A stretch of 64,000 nucleotides of DNA from positions 2,368,001 through 2,432,000 of the forward strand of contig OZ219754.1 in the NCBI GenBank assembly GCA_964291295.2, written 5' to 3'. Positions 18,868-28,136 of this stretch are shown one piece after another. Numbering within the stretch: the stretch's first letter is position 1; each line of letters opens with the position of its first letter. The notes beneath the pieces are model-generated. The model made no database searches and was not told the DNA's origin. It saw only the letters and a program-made list of their open reading frames with translations. The DNA comes from an uncultured Candidatus Binatia bacterium. Its GTDB lineage: Bacteria > Desulfobacterota > Binatia > UBA9968 > JAJDTQ01. The translations under genes and the position numbers were made by a program.

Positions 18868-19380
18868 ATGCAAAGTGTCGCACGGGCCTACGAACGACTT
18901 CTCGATGCGCTCAAGGTGGGCGCCGAGCTCGTCGTCTTTCTGATCTTCTTTCTCATCGTCACCGACGTGTTCATCCGTCTGGCGGGGTTGCAGCCGTCGA
19001 CTTACACGTATGGCGTGGTGGAGTACAGCCTGCTGTGGTTCACCATGTTGGGAGCGCCGTGGCTGGTGCGCATGAAGGGGCACGTGTTCGTGGACTCGCT
19101 GGTGCAGCTTCTGCCCGGCAGCGTGCAGTATGTGCTGGCCAAATTCGTGTATCTCCTCTGCACCGCGGGCTCGCTCTTTTTTCTTTACTATTCGTTGCGG
19201 CTGACCATCGACGCTTTCGTTTCGGGCGAAATGGACATCCGGGGTGAGCCCCAGCCCCTGTGGCTTCTGTTCCTGCCCATGCCGCTGTCCTTCTCCCTGG
19301 TGACCGTCGAGTTTCTCCGCTTCCTGGTGGGCGTCGACACCCTGTACACCTCGCGCACCGAGGTTCGGGAGAACGTGTGA
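18868..19380 (+). CDS. TRAP transporter small permease (DctQ family)
   Basis: 4 hydrophobic segments, DVFIR and GHVFVD motifs. Overlaps the dctM start. Confidence 0.85.
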   Translation: MQSVARAYERLLDALKVGAELVVFLIFFLIVTDVFIRLAGLQPSTYTYGVVEYSLLWFTMLGAPWLVRMKGHVFVDSLVQLLPGSVQYVLAKFVYLLCTAGSLFFLYYSLRLTIDAFVSGEMDIRGEPQPLWLLFLPMPLSFSLVTVEFLRFLVGVDTLYTSRTEVRENV

Positions 19381-20690
19381 TGGAATGGTACTGGGCTTTC
19401 GCTCTTCTGGTGGGGATGGTGGTCTGCCTGATGGCCATCGGGGTTCCCGTGGCATTTGCCTTCATCACCACGAACTTCATCGGCATCTTCATCTTTGCCG
19501 GCGCCCACGGCTTCATCCAGGTGGCCGACAACTCCACCGCGCTGATTACCCGGTTCACCCTGGGTCCCGTGCCCATGTTCATCATGATGGGCGCGCTGTT
19601 CTTTCACACCGGCTTGGCCATCCGTGTCTTCGACGGCCTCGACACGCTGTTCGGCAAGCTCAAGGGCCGGCTTTGCTACCTGACGGTGGCCGGCGGCACG
19701 GTCTTTTCCACCCTCACCGGCTCCTCCATGGCCAACACCGCCATGCTGGGGTCGCTGCTGGTGCCGGAGATGCAGCGGCGGGGCTACAACTGGCGCATGT
19801 CCATGGGACCGATCCTGGGCACCGGCGGCCTCGCCATGATCATCCCGCCGTCGGCGCTGGCGGTGCTGCTGGCAAGCGTGGCCAACATCGACGTGGGACG
19901 TCTGCTGATCGCGGGTTTCCTGCCCGGCGTGGTGCTGGCCGGGCTGTATGTGGCGATGCTGTATCTCCAGCTCCTGGTCAACCCCGGGAGCGCGCCGGCC
20001 TACGACGTACCGCCCACCACCTGGTTCCACAGGATCAAGCTTGTCTGTTTCAACATTCTTCCGGTGAGCATCGTGATCTTCATGGTCATCGGCTTCATCA
20101 TCCTGGGGATCGCCACCCCCACGGAGTCCGCCGCCTGCGGCGTTCTCGGGGTGTTCCTCCTGGCCGCGGGCTTTCGCGTGCTCAAGTGGGAGTCCATCCG
20201 CACTTCGCTTTCGGGCACGGTGCGCGTGGCCGGCATGGTGTTCTTCATCATCATGAACTCCACCGTGTTCAGCCAGCTCCTGGCCTATTCGGGTGCCACC
20301 GCGGGCATGCTGGAGTGGGCCACGAGCTTCGAGGTGTCCCGCCTTGTGGTGCTGGCGGTGATGTTCCTGGTGCTGATCATTCTGGGCATGTTCATGGACG
20401 CCACATCCATGATGCTCATCACCGTCCCCATCTTCTTTCCCCTCGCCGAGGCCCTGGGCTTCGACCTGATCTGGTTCGGCCTGTTCGTGCTGATGACCCT
20501 GGAGATGGCCGGCACCACGCCGCCGTTCGGACTGCTGCTCTATGTGATGCTCGGCGTGGCGCCCCGGGGCACCACCCTGCTGCAGGTGGCCAGCGCCGCG
20601 GTCCCGTTCCTGGTGTGCGACCTGATCCTGATTCTGATCCTGATCGCGTGGCCCGAACTCGCCCTGTTCCTTCCCGACCTGATGGAGTGA
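19380..20690 (+). CDS. TRAP transporter large permease (DctM family)
   Basis: GVPVAFAF, PMFIMMG, GGLAMIIPPS, TPTESAA and TPPFG motifs. Confidence 0.92.
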   Translation: MEWYWAFALLVGMVVCLMAIGVPVAFAFITTNFIGIFIFAGAHGFIQVADNSTALITRFTLGPVPMFIMMGALFFHTGLAIRVFDGLDTLFGKLKGRLCYLTVAGGTVFSTLTGSSMANTAMLGSLLVPEMQRRGYNWRMSMGPILGTGGLAMIIPPSALAVLLASVANIDVGRLLIAGFLPGVVLAGLYVAMLYLQLLVNPGSAPAYDVPPTTWFHRIKLVCFNILPVSIVIFMVIGFIILGIATPTESAACGVLGVFLLAAGFRVLKWESIRTSLSGTVRVAGMVFFIIMNSTVFSQLLAYSGATAGMLEWATSFEVSRLVVLAVMFLVLIILGMFMDATSMMLITVPIFFPLAEALGFDLIWFGLFVLMTLEMAGTTPPFGLLLYVMLGVAPRGTTLLQVASAAVPFLVCDLILILILIAWPELALFLPDLME

Positions 20691-20704
20691 GCGGCGCCGA
20701 AATG

Positions 20705-20744
20705 AAAGGCCCCCGATCCGGCTTCCGCGGATCGGGGGCCTTTT
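20705..20744. terminator. Bidirectional intrinsic terminator
   Basis: aaaggcccccgatccg-gcttccg-cggatcgggggcctttt: 16-bp stem with A/T tracts on both sides, between convergent genes. Confidence 0.85.
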
Positions 20745-20766
20745 GACGCGCGCGTCGGTACCGGCC

Positions 20767-21765
20767 TCAGGGCGCCGAGTACATCTTCTCCTTCAGCTTC
20801 GCGAAGGGGACGGTATATTTCTTGTCCTTGCGCGCATCCCAGGAGCGCTCATAGATGGTTCGCAGGTAAGCGCTCGCGACCTTGCCCTTGAGTTCGATCT
20901 TCTGGACACCCGCGGCCCACAGTTTTTCGTTGTCGATGTCCGCCTTTTTCCGGAGGATGGTGACGCTGTTCTCCTCGAAGGCAAGGCCTTGCTTGTCGAG
21001 CATGGCTCGTACGGATTCGGGTAGCGCCTTCCACTTGTCGAGGTTGATCACGACCATGGAGCCGCTGCGATAGAACCCGGGGTAGAAACGGTACTTGAGG
21101 AACTTCTGCACACCATACTTGGTGAGTCCCCCCTCGGGCCAGGCGAGCCCTTCGACGAGACCCCGTTGCAGGCCCGTGTACATCTCGCCGGCGGACATGT
21201 TGATGGGCGTGGCGTTCATGGCCTTGAAGAACGGATTGTAGGTGGCGGTGGAGCGCATCTTGTGGCCCGAGAGGTCGAGGCCCGTGGCTTCGCTCTGTTT
21301 CGGCATGAACGTGGTGTAGATGTGGAAGTCCACGCCATAGCAGCACCAGCCCAGGATCCGCGCGTTCATCTTGGCGCCCCATGGATCCTGGAGCTGGTCG
21401 ATGGCGCCGTTCTCGCGCAGTTCCCGGGTGGAGAGATTGGTCACCGACGTCAGGCCGGCTTCGGCCACGATTCCCTCGAAGTAGCCCATGGGACAGAAGA
21501 TCATGTCCACCAGACCGCGCTTGAGGGAGTTTGCCTGCTTCGAGCGATGCGTCACTTCCGGACCGCCCACGTAATGGAGCCTGGCCTCTCCCTTGGCCAT
21601 CTTGTTGAATGGCTCGAAGAAGCCCTCGAAGTAGGACTCCACCTGGTCGTGGGTCTTGGCCAGACAGGACATGACCCGCAGCGTGACCGCACCCTGCGCG
21701 GAGGTGGCCAGAAACAACAGGGCGAACGTCAGCGCGACGATCGCCCCAAGCGTGATTCTTCTCAT
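20767..21765 (-). CDS. TRAP transporter substrate-binding protein (DctP family)
   Basis: Signal peptide (MRRITLGAIVALTFALLFLATSAQG), YVGGPEV, DLSGHKMR and EMYTGLQRGLVEG motifs. Confidence 0.88.
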   Translation of the reverse strand: MRRITLGAIVALTFALLFLATSAQGAVTLRVMSCLAKTHDQVESYFEGFFEPFNKMAKGEARLHYVGGPEVTHRSKQANSLKRGLVDMIFCPMGYFEGIVAEAGLTSVTNLSTRELRENGAIDQLQDPWGAKMNARILGWCCYGVDFHIYTTFMPKQSEATGLDLSGHKMRSTATYNPFFKAMNATPINMSAGEMYTGLQRGLVEGLAWPEGGLTKYGVQKFLKYRFYPGFYRSGSMVVINLDKWKALPESVRAMLDKQGLAFEENSVTILRKKADIDNEKLWAAGVQKIELKGKVASAYLRTIYERSWDARKDKKYTVPFAKLKEKMYSAP

Positions 21766-22053
21766 CGTGTACCCTCCCTTGCCGGGGCATGTTCCCCGAC
21801 CGGTTGATGCCTCGGCTGAAGCCCGATCCGGTGCTGACCCTTATTAAAGTCCTGGAAGGTTGTCAAGACGAGCGGAGCGTCGATCCAGTTCCCCCGTACC
21901 GGGTCTGGCTGCGTCCGCGGTCCGCACAGGCGATGGAGGGCCTTGTATGTTTCCGCCGCGCCCGCTCCGTCGTTCTCGCAGTTCATGGTGCAACGCTCGG
22001 TGTCCGACCGGGTGCCGTCCATCCGCATTTGCCAGTCATGACCCATGGACCTG

Positions 22054-24105
22054 CTAAGACCAGGTGGACCCTTCGGAACTTCCCTGGCGGCTTTCCAGCC
22101 TGAGGTTGCCCCGGGCGTCCACGGAAAGGTCGAAGGAAGGGTACACGACGGTGGTGGAACCGTACTCCTCGACGACGGCGGGGCCGGGCACGTGGAAGCC
22201 CGGGGCGAGGTCGGTGCGGCGGTAGACGGCCGCTGTCACCGGAGTCGGGCTGCTCGGGAAGAGCGCCGGCCGCCGGTGCTCGGGCCGCGCCGGGCCGCTG
22301 CCCGGGAGCGCGGCGGCGAGGGTCATCTCCGGCAGGCGACCGATGCAGCGCACGCGGTAGTGGACGATCTCCAGGGACTCGTCCCCGGCGGTATGACCGA
22401 ACAGGCGTCCGTGGGCCTCGTGGAAGAGCCGGCGCAGCTCCTCCGGGCGGAGGTCCCGGGCCGGCACGGTGACTTCGTAGGACTGGCCGGGATAGCGCAT
22501 GTCCAGGAAATCCTCGGTGTCGATGCAGTCCGGGGTCACGCTCTGCTCCCGGAGTTCCTGGACGCCCTTGGCCCGGAGTTCCGCCATCGTCTCACGGATG
22601 GCGCTCGCGGGGGTTTCGTCCAGCGCGCTGATGCGGGTGACGGAGTTGCTGCGTATCAGGTCGGTCCGCAGCATGCCGGCGGCGCAGAAATTGCCCGGAT
22701 CCCGAGGGATGCAGATCTCGGGAATCTCCAGTTCCCGGGCGACCGGGCAGGCTACCGCGGGTCCGGCACCTCCGTAGGCCATCAGGATGAAGTCCCTGGG
22801 GTCGTAGCCTTTCTCGATGGTGACCGAGCGCATGGACATGGCCACTTGGGCGGCAAGCACCTCGACGATGCCGGCGGCGGCCCGCTCCGGCGTCATGTCC
22901 AGGGGCGCGGCGATGGTGTCGGCGATGGCCTGTCGAGCCGCCGCGGCATCGATGGGCATGGCACCGTCCAGCAGCGCCTCCCGGTTGAGGTGTCCCAGCA
23001 CCACCAGCGCGTCGGTGAGGGTGGGCTGGTCGCCGGCGCCGTAGCAGGCGGGCCCGGGCACGGCGCCGGCGCTTCGGGGGCCTACCTTGAGTATGCGGCC
23101 GGACTCGACCCGGGCAATGCTGCCGCCGCCGCTGCCGATGGTCTCGATGTCGACGGTGGCGGCGCGCACGGTATAGCCCGCCACCTTGCTCTCGGACGCG
23201 GTCAGAAGCTTGCCGGGGATCACCGACATGTCGCAGCTCGTGCCGCCGATATCCAGCGTGATGGCGTTCTCGCGGCCGATCTCCCGGCACAGCCGCCGGG
23301 TCCCCACCACGCCCGCCACCGGTCCCGACATGAGCGTCTGCACCGGCACCCGGGCGATGACTCCGGGCGTGGCCACACCGCCGTTGGACTGCATGATCAG
23401 CACGTGGGCACCGTTCAGCAGCTCGTGGACGGCGGTTTCGATGGTGCCGACGTAGCCGCTGACCCGCGGGCCGATGAATGCGTTGACCACGGTGGTGCTG
23501 GTGCGTTCGAACTCCCGGAACTGTGGGTCCACCTCCGACGACAGCGTCACGTAGACGTCCGGACACAGCTCTTCCAGAATCGCCCGAAGCTGCCGTTCGT
23601 GATCGGGAGCGGCGAAGGAGAAGAGCAGGCTCACGGCTACCGAGCGAACACCGGCGTCCAGGAGCGCGCTCACCCTGGCCCGGGCCTGCTCCGCGTCCAG
23701 GGGAAGCACCTCGCGGCCTCGGGAGTCCACGCGCTCCCGCACCGGTTGGATCAGATGCCGCGGCACGAGCGGCCGGGGGCGGTCGAAGAACAGGTTGTAG
23801 ACCTGATCGCCGCGCCATTGGCGGTCGAGTTCCAGGAGGTCGCGGAACCCTTCGGTGACCAGCAGCCCGGGTGCCGGCTCCCGTCCCTCCAGCAGCGTGT
23901 TGAGCCCGATGGTGGTGCCGTGGAGCACATAGCGGGCCGCGTCCGGCAGCCGTGCGGTGATTTCGCCAAGGCCGGCGGCGATGGCCGCGGTGGGGTCCCG
24001 GGGCTGCGATGGCACCTTCCAGGTGAAGCAGACCCGTCCGCTGTCCTCGTCGAACACGCTCAGGTCGGTGAACGTGCCGCCGGTGTCAATTCCGATGCGG
24101 AGCAC
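22054..24105 (-). CDS. Hydantoinase/oxoprolinase A-family (ATP-binding) subunit
   Basis: RIGIDTGGTFTD, HGTT, EFERTSTT, SGPVAG, DIGGTS and GSGGGSIA motifs. Confidence 0.93.
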   Translation of the reverse strand: MLRIGIDTGGTFTDLSVFDEDSGRVCFTWKVPSQPRDPTAAIAAGLGEITARLPDAARYVLHGTTIGLNTLLEGREPAPGLLVTEGFRDLLELDRQWRGDQVYNLFFDRPRPLVPRHLIQPVRERVDSRGREVLPLDAEQARARVSALLDAGVRSVAVSLLFSFAAPDHERQLRAILEELCPDVYVTLSSEVDPQFREFERTSTTVVNAFIGPRVSGYVGTIETAVHELLNGAHVLIMQSNGGVATPGVIARVPVQTLMSGPVAGVVGTRRLCREIGRENAITLDIGGTSCDMSVIPGKLLTASESKVAGYTVRAATVDIETIGSGGGSIARVESGRILKVGPRSAGAVPGPACYGAGDQPTLTDALVVLGHLNREALLDGAMPIDAAAARQAIADTIAAPLDMTPERAAAGIVEVLAAQVAMSMRSVTIEKGYDPRDFILMAYGGAGPAVACPVARELEIPEICIPRDPGNFCAAGMLRTDLIRSNSVTRISALDETPASAIRETMAELRAKGVQELREQSVTPDCIDTEDFLDMRYPGQSYEVTVPARDLRPEELRRLFHEAHGRLFGHTAGDESLEIVHYRVRCIGRLPEMTLAAALPGSGPARPEHRRPALFPSSPTPVTAAVYRRTDLAPGFHVPGPAVVEEYGSTTVVYPSFDLSVDARGNLRLESRQGSSEGSTWS

Positions 24106-25834
24106 GCGGGCTGCCCGTTTCCCGGCGTTGTCGCTCGGTGGCTGCGGTGTCCACGTTCAGGGTGGCCGCGTCGATGACCACCCCGTAAACGTCCCGGGCC
24201 GCCTCCGGCGATACGTAGCCGTCGCGCACGTCGTCCCGCACGAGCTCGGGGTTCCGCGCCAGCGGATCGCCCCAACCCCCGCCGCCGCCCAGCTCCAGCA
24301 GCAGGATGTCACCCCTGGACAACCGGAGGTTGGCCGTCTTGGAGTGAAGCGTCCGGGCATCGGGAGTGCCCGGATTGAGGCTGCAGCGGGCAGGTGCGCT
24401 CGGGCGGGCGCCGAAGAGACCGGGCGACGAGAACTTGAAGCGGTCCAGCCGCAGGTTGACGGTGACGTGGTCGTTCAGCACTTGCCAGCCGCGTCGGATC
24501 CCCAGGCCGCCACGGAACTTTCCCGCCCCCGCGGAGTCCGGATTGATCTCGAAGCACTGCATCCGCACCGGGAACTCGTTCTCCAAGGCTTCCACCGGTG
24601 TGCTCATGACGTTGCTGATGTCGGCGGCACAGCCGCTGATGCCGTCCTTGCCGGGCCGGGCGCCGTAGCCGCCCCACAGGATTTCGTACTGCGAGTAGCG
24701 CCGCCCTCCGGGCTCGACGCCGTTGAACGACACCGCACCGCCGGAGCTGCTCTGAGGCGCGGCCACGCGGTCCGGCAGGGCCTGGGCCAAGACCATCATG
24801 ACCACCGGTGCCAGCCGGTGGCAGGTGGTGGCGTACATGTTCACCGGAGCGGGGAACTCGGGGTTCAGCAGGTGACCGGGACTGGGGAGGGTGATGCGGA
24901 TGGGCGCGGAGCAGCCCTGGTTCTTGGGCAGATCCGGTCCGATGGCTGCCTGTACACAGTATTCCACCACCGCCCGTACCACGCAGGGCCGGAGGTTCAG
25001 GGGGCCGCGCGACTGCCGGGCCGAGGCGAACTCGAACTCCAGTTCGTCGCCGCGCACCCGCAGCGTCGCCGTCACTTCCAGGGGTCGGTCCAGCTCCACG
25101 CCGTCATCGTCGATGTGATCGGTGACCGGCCCGTAGGTGCCGGGCGGCAGGGCGGCGATGCGCGCGCGCAGTTCCCGTTCGGTGATGGCGATGCGTTCCT
25201 CCCAGCAGGCCAGCACGTCGTCCAGGCCGAAACGGTGGGCCAAGGCGGTAATCCGCTCGATGCCCTGAAGGTTCGAGGTCACCTGCGCGTGGATGTCGCC
25301 CCAGGTCACCTCCGGAGTGCGGGTGTTGGCGCGGAGAAGCTGTTTCACCGCCTCGTTGAGAACGCCTCCCTCGTAGAGCTTCAGAGGCGGGATCAGGAGG
25401 CCCTCCTGAAACACCTCGGTGGCGTCGCCGGCGTTGGTGCCCGGCACCTTGCCGCCGATATCCGGCTTGTGGGCCGTGTTGCCGACGAAGGCGATGAGCC
25501 GCCCTTGGTGAAATACCGGAGAGATCAGCGTGACGTCGCTGGGGTGGTTCTGGCAGTAGCGGTAGGGGTGGTTCAGGATGAAGGTGTCGCCCTCGCCGAT
25601 GGCGCCGGAGAAGTCCTGGAGGATCCCCTTCAGCTGGGAGCCCACCACCCCGAGCCCCACCGGATTGGGCGAGTATTGTCCGACGTTGCGTCCCTGTCGG
25701 TCGCAGATGCTCAGGGCCAGGTCCTGACTCTCCTTGACGATGGACGAATAGCCGTTGCGCATGAGCTTCCGCGTCAACTCGTACGCGATCTGGTTGGTGG
25801 CGTTGTAGATGACCTCGAGCTTGATGGCGTCCAT
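24086..25834 (-). CDS. Hydantoinase B/oxoprolinase family subunit
   Basis: MDAIKLEV start, NHPY, HPSDV, HKPDIGG, FQEG, GAGKFRGGLG and GGGGWGDP motifs. Confidence 0.93.
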   Translation of the reverse strand: MDAIKLEVIYNATNQIAYELTRKLMRNGYSSIVKESQDLALSICDRQGRNVGQYSPNPVGLGVVGSQLKGILQDFSGAIGEGDTFILNHPYRYCQNHPSDVTLISPVFHQGRLIAFVGNTAHKPDIGGKVPGTNAGDATEVFQEGLLIPPLKLYEGGVLNEAVKQLLRANTRTPEVTWGDIHAQVTSNLQGIERITALAHRFGLDDVLACWEERIAITERELRARIAALPPGTYGPVTDHIDDDGVELDRPLEVTATLRVRGDELEFEFASARQSRGPLNLRPCVVRAVVEYCVQAAIGPDLPKNQGCSAPIRITLPSPGHLLNPEFPAPVNMYATTCHRLAPVVMMVLAQALPDRVAAPQSSSGGAVSFNGVEPGGRRYSQYEILWGGYGARPGKDGISGCAADISNVMSTPVEALENEFPVRMQCFEINPDSAGAGKFRGGLGIRRGWQVLNDHVTVNLRLDRFKFSSPGLFGARPSAPARCSLNPGTPDARTLHSKTANLRLSRGDILLLELGGGGGWGDPLARNPELVRDDVRDGYVSPEAARDVYGVVIDAATLNVDTAATERQRRETGSPRAPHRN

Positions 25835-25906
25835 TTCGAGGGCTCGCTGCCGCACAGGGCGGGTTGTCCGTGTCGGGTGCGGAAGCCCGACTTGCAACGG
25901 TCGGAA

Positions 25907-25935
25907 AGGGTATGCAATTCTGCAACCGCTGTCAA
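25907..25935 (-). promoter_or_regulatory. Sigma70-type promoter for the hydantoinase operon with TGCA-repeat operator-like spacer
   Basis: Minus strand TTGACA-17 nt-TACCCT. The spacer contains the inverted TGCA pair TGCAGAATTGCA. Confidence 0.6.
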
Positions 25936-25981
25936 CATTGCCTCGGACAGCGCCGAACCGGGCCTGGGAGGAGCCGATTCC

Positions 25982-26191
25982 ATGAAGTACAGGACCCTTA
26001 CCGCGGTGGGGCTGGTGGCGGCGATTGTCGTCGGGCTGGCGGCCCGGGCGGTGGTGTACGCGGTTCTGACACCGGGTTCCACGACCGACTTCGTGGCCAC
26101 CGTCGTCTTCCTCGGCGGTTTCGCCGGCGGGCTGCTGGGATTTGCCGGCATCTTCCGGGTGCGGGAGGGGAAGCCCTTCTGGCCGTTCTGA
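25982..26191 (+). CDS. Small two-TM membrane protein
   Basis: GGAGGAG RBS, 69 aa, two hydrophobic helices (MKYRTLTAVGLVAAIVV...GKPFWPF). Confidence 0.7.
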   Translation: MKYRTLTAVGLVAAIVVGLAARAVVYAVLTPGSTTDFVATVVFLGGFAGGLLGFAGIFRVREGKPFWPF

Positions 26192-26205
26192 CCCGCGGGC
26201 AGGGC

Positions 26206-26418
26206 ATGACAGGAGCGCTGGAGGGTACGGTGGCCGTGGCTGGCGGCGGACGCGTGGCCGGCGCCTGCACCGGGAGCCTCCCGGGGGATCCGGATTTCGC
26301 GCCCCTCCATTTCGAGGTCATCAAGGTGGAGATTCCCCGGACCGGCGGTCCAGCCCGCAGGCGGGACGCTCTCCGGAAGCTTCGTCTCCGGAAGCTTCGC
26401 AAGCGCGGCGTGATCTGA
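26206..26418 (+). pseudogene. Internally deleted CoA-transferase family III (CaiB/BaiF) remnant
   Basis: MTGALEG...AG...EVIKVEIPRTG resembles the CaiB N-terminus and is joined directly to a CaiB-like C-terminus (LRKRGVI*). Contains a 15-bp tandem duplication at 26371-26400. Confidence 0.55.
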
Positions 26419-26448
26419 AGCGTGTTCCGGCAACTCTCTTTCACCGGC

Positions 26449-26994
26449 ATGGCAACACCCTCACGCACCGACTTTGTCGCGGCGATTCATCGAAGCCCCT
26501 TCATGGTCGTGCTGGTGGTGACCGGCGGCGGTACGCAGGCAGTGGCGGATCTGTTCGTGGTGCCCGGGGCGACACGCACGGTGCTGGAAGCGCTGGTGCC
26601 GTACAGTGACCGTTCCATGGCCGGTTTCCTGGGCGGGTCGCCGCCGCAGGCCGTCTCCGTGGAGACCGCGGCGGCGCTGGCGCGCAAGGCCCGCGAGCGG
26701 GCGCTGGCGCTGAGGCCGGCAGCAGGGGTCAGGGTGCTGGGAGTCGCCTGCACCGCCGCGCTGGTGACGGATCGCCCCCGCAAGGGGGAGCACTGCGCCC
26801 ACGTGGCGGTGTGCGGCGGCGAATCCGTCCAGGTCCGTTCGGTGACCCTGGAGAAGAACGCCCGCAGCCGGCAAGGTGAAGAACGTGTGGTGGCGGACAT
26901 GGTGCTGTCCGCGCTGGGCTTGGCCTGTGGCCTGGATGCCGCCCTGTGCGATGCGCTGCTGCCGGAAGAGCCGGTGCGCTTTCGCGTGATCTGA
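26449..26994 (+). CDS. CinA-C-like domain protein
   Basis: VTGGG...PGATRTVLEALVPYS, VSVETAAALA and TAALVTDRP.KG.H motifs. Confidence 0.7.
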   Translation: MATPSRTDFVAAIHRSPFMVVLVVTGGGTQAVADLFVVPGATRTVLEALVPYSDRSMAGFLGGSPPQAVSVETAAALARKARERALALRPAAGVRVLGVACTAALVTDRPRKGEHCAHVAVCGGESVQVRSVTLEKNARSRQGEERVVADMVLSALGLACGLDAALCDALLPEEPVRFRVI

Positions 26995-27317
26995 CCGCGC
27001 GCCACGGCGGGATTCGGGGCCACATGGGGGCCGGGGGCGACGCCGGCAGTCCCCGCAGTCCAGATTCGGCTTTCCACCGAGGCGCCGGTGGTGTTGTCGC
27101 CGTGCCGGTCTCGTATTCAAGGCGGCGCCGCCAGGACGGCGACGCCGCGGCAACCGCCGGTCGCGACAAGAAGCGGTTCCGGCGCCTTGGCCGGATACGT
27201 GCCGGCGGAGGTGCCGGAGCGTGCCACCACAGCGCCGCGAACCACCGGTGGCCGATACACCGGCAGGTGTGGTACAGGCCGCTGTTGTCCGTTTCATCGT
27301 CAAGGGAGGAGAGGCAC

Positions 27318-28124
27318 ATGGAGCGCCAAGTCGTCGTGGATGGTCTCGGGATACGCTATCTGGAGGAGGGGGCGGGTACGCCGGTGATCATGGTGCATGG
27401 CGCCTCGCTGGGCTCGTCCGCGGACGTGTTCGAACGCCATCTGGGGCCGTTGGCGGAGGCCGGTTTCCGCGCGGTGGCCCTGGACCAGCCTGGCTTCGGC
27501 GGGTCCGATGTTCCGGGGGACCACACCTTGGCCTACCGGGTCGGTTTCCTGCCGCGGTTCATGAGCGCCATCGGCGCCGGCAAGGCCGCGCTCATCGGCC
27601 ACTCCCAGGCCGGCGGCATCGTGGTGCGGTGCGCGCTGGACCATCCCGACCGCGTGGCCAAGGTGCTGGTGGTGTGCAGCGGCAGCCTCCTGCAGGGGCT
27701 CCCGGGTTTCCCGCCGCCGGCGCACGCAAGCGGTGCGCGCACCGACGCGCTGCCAACGCCGGAGGACAGCCGCAAGCTCCTGGAGTCGAACCTTTATCAC
27801 AAGGAGTTGATCACGCCGGCGGTTCTGGAGAAGCGCCACCGCCTGAGCCTGGGCCGGAACTTCGAGGCGTTCCTGGAGCGACAGCGGGTGATGGAGCCCG
27901 GGCAGGACGGTCCGCCCCTGTGGGAGCGGCTCACGGAAGTGCGGCCGCCGCTGCTGCTGCTCTACGGCAGGCAGGACCGCAACCAGGCGGCCGAAAAGTG
28001 TGCGGCACTGAAGCGGTTGAGGCCCGGACTCCGCCTGGAGATCATCGACAAGGCCTGCCACCTGCTCATGTGGGATGCGGGCGAGGTCTACGACCGCCGG
28101 GCCATCGAGTTTCTTGCGGAGTGA
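27318..28124 (+). CDS. Alpha/beta fold hydrolase
   Basis: VHG, DQPGFGGSD, nucleophile elbow GHSQAG, YGRQD and ACHL motifs. Strong RBS GGAGGAGAGG. Confidence 0.9.
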   Translation: MERQVVVDGLGIRYLEEGAGTPVIMVHGASLGSSADVFERHLGPLAEAGFRAVALDQPGFGGSDVPGDHTLAYRVGFLPRFMSAIGAGKAALIGHSQAGGIVVRCALDHPDRVAKVLVVCSGSLLQGLPGFPPPAHASGARTDALPTPEDSRKLLESNLYHKELITPAVLEKRHRLSLGRNFEAFLERQRVMEPGQDGPPLWERLTEVRPPLLLLYGRQDRNQAAEKCAALKRLRPGLRLEIIDKACHLLMWDAGEVYDRRAIEFLAE

Positions 28125-28136
28125 CGCGGCAAGGCG

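Noticed and set aside
21790-22050. HAD-phosphatase relic (MDGTRSDTER) on the minus strand
   Set aside because: Only one short motif-like match; insufficient support.
27000-27300. GT2 glycosyltransferase relic (FGF..., VVAVPVSYSRR)
   Set aside because: Too short and fragmentary to distinguish from chance in GC-rich DNA.
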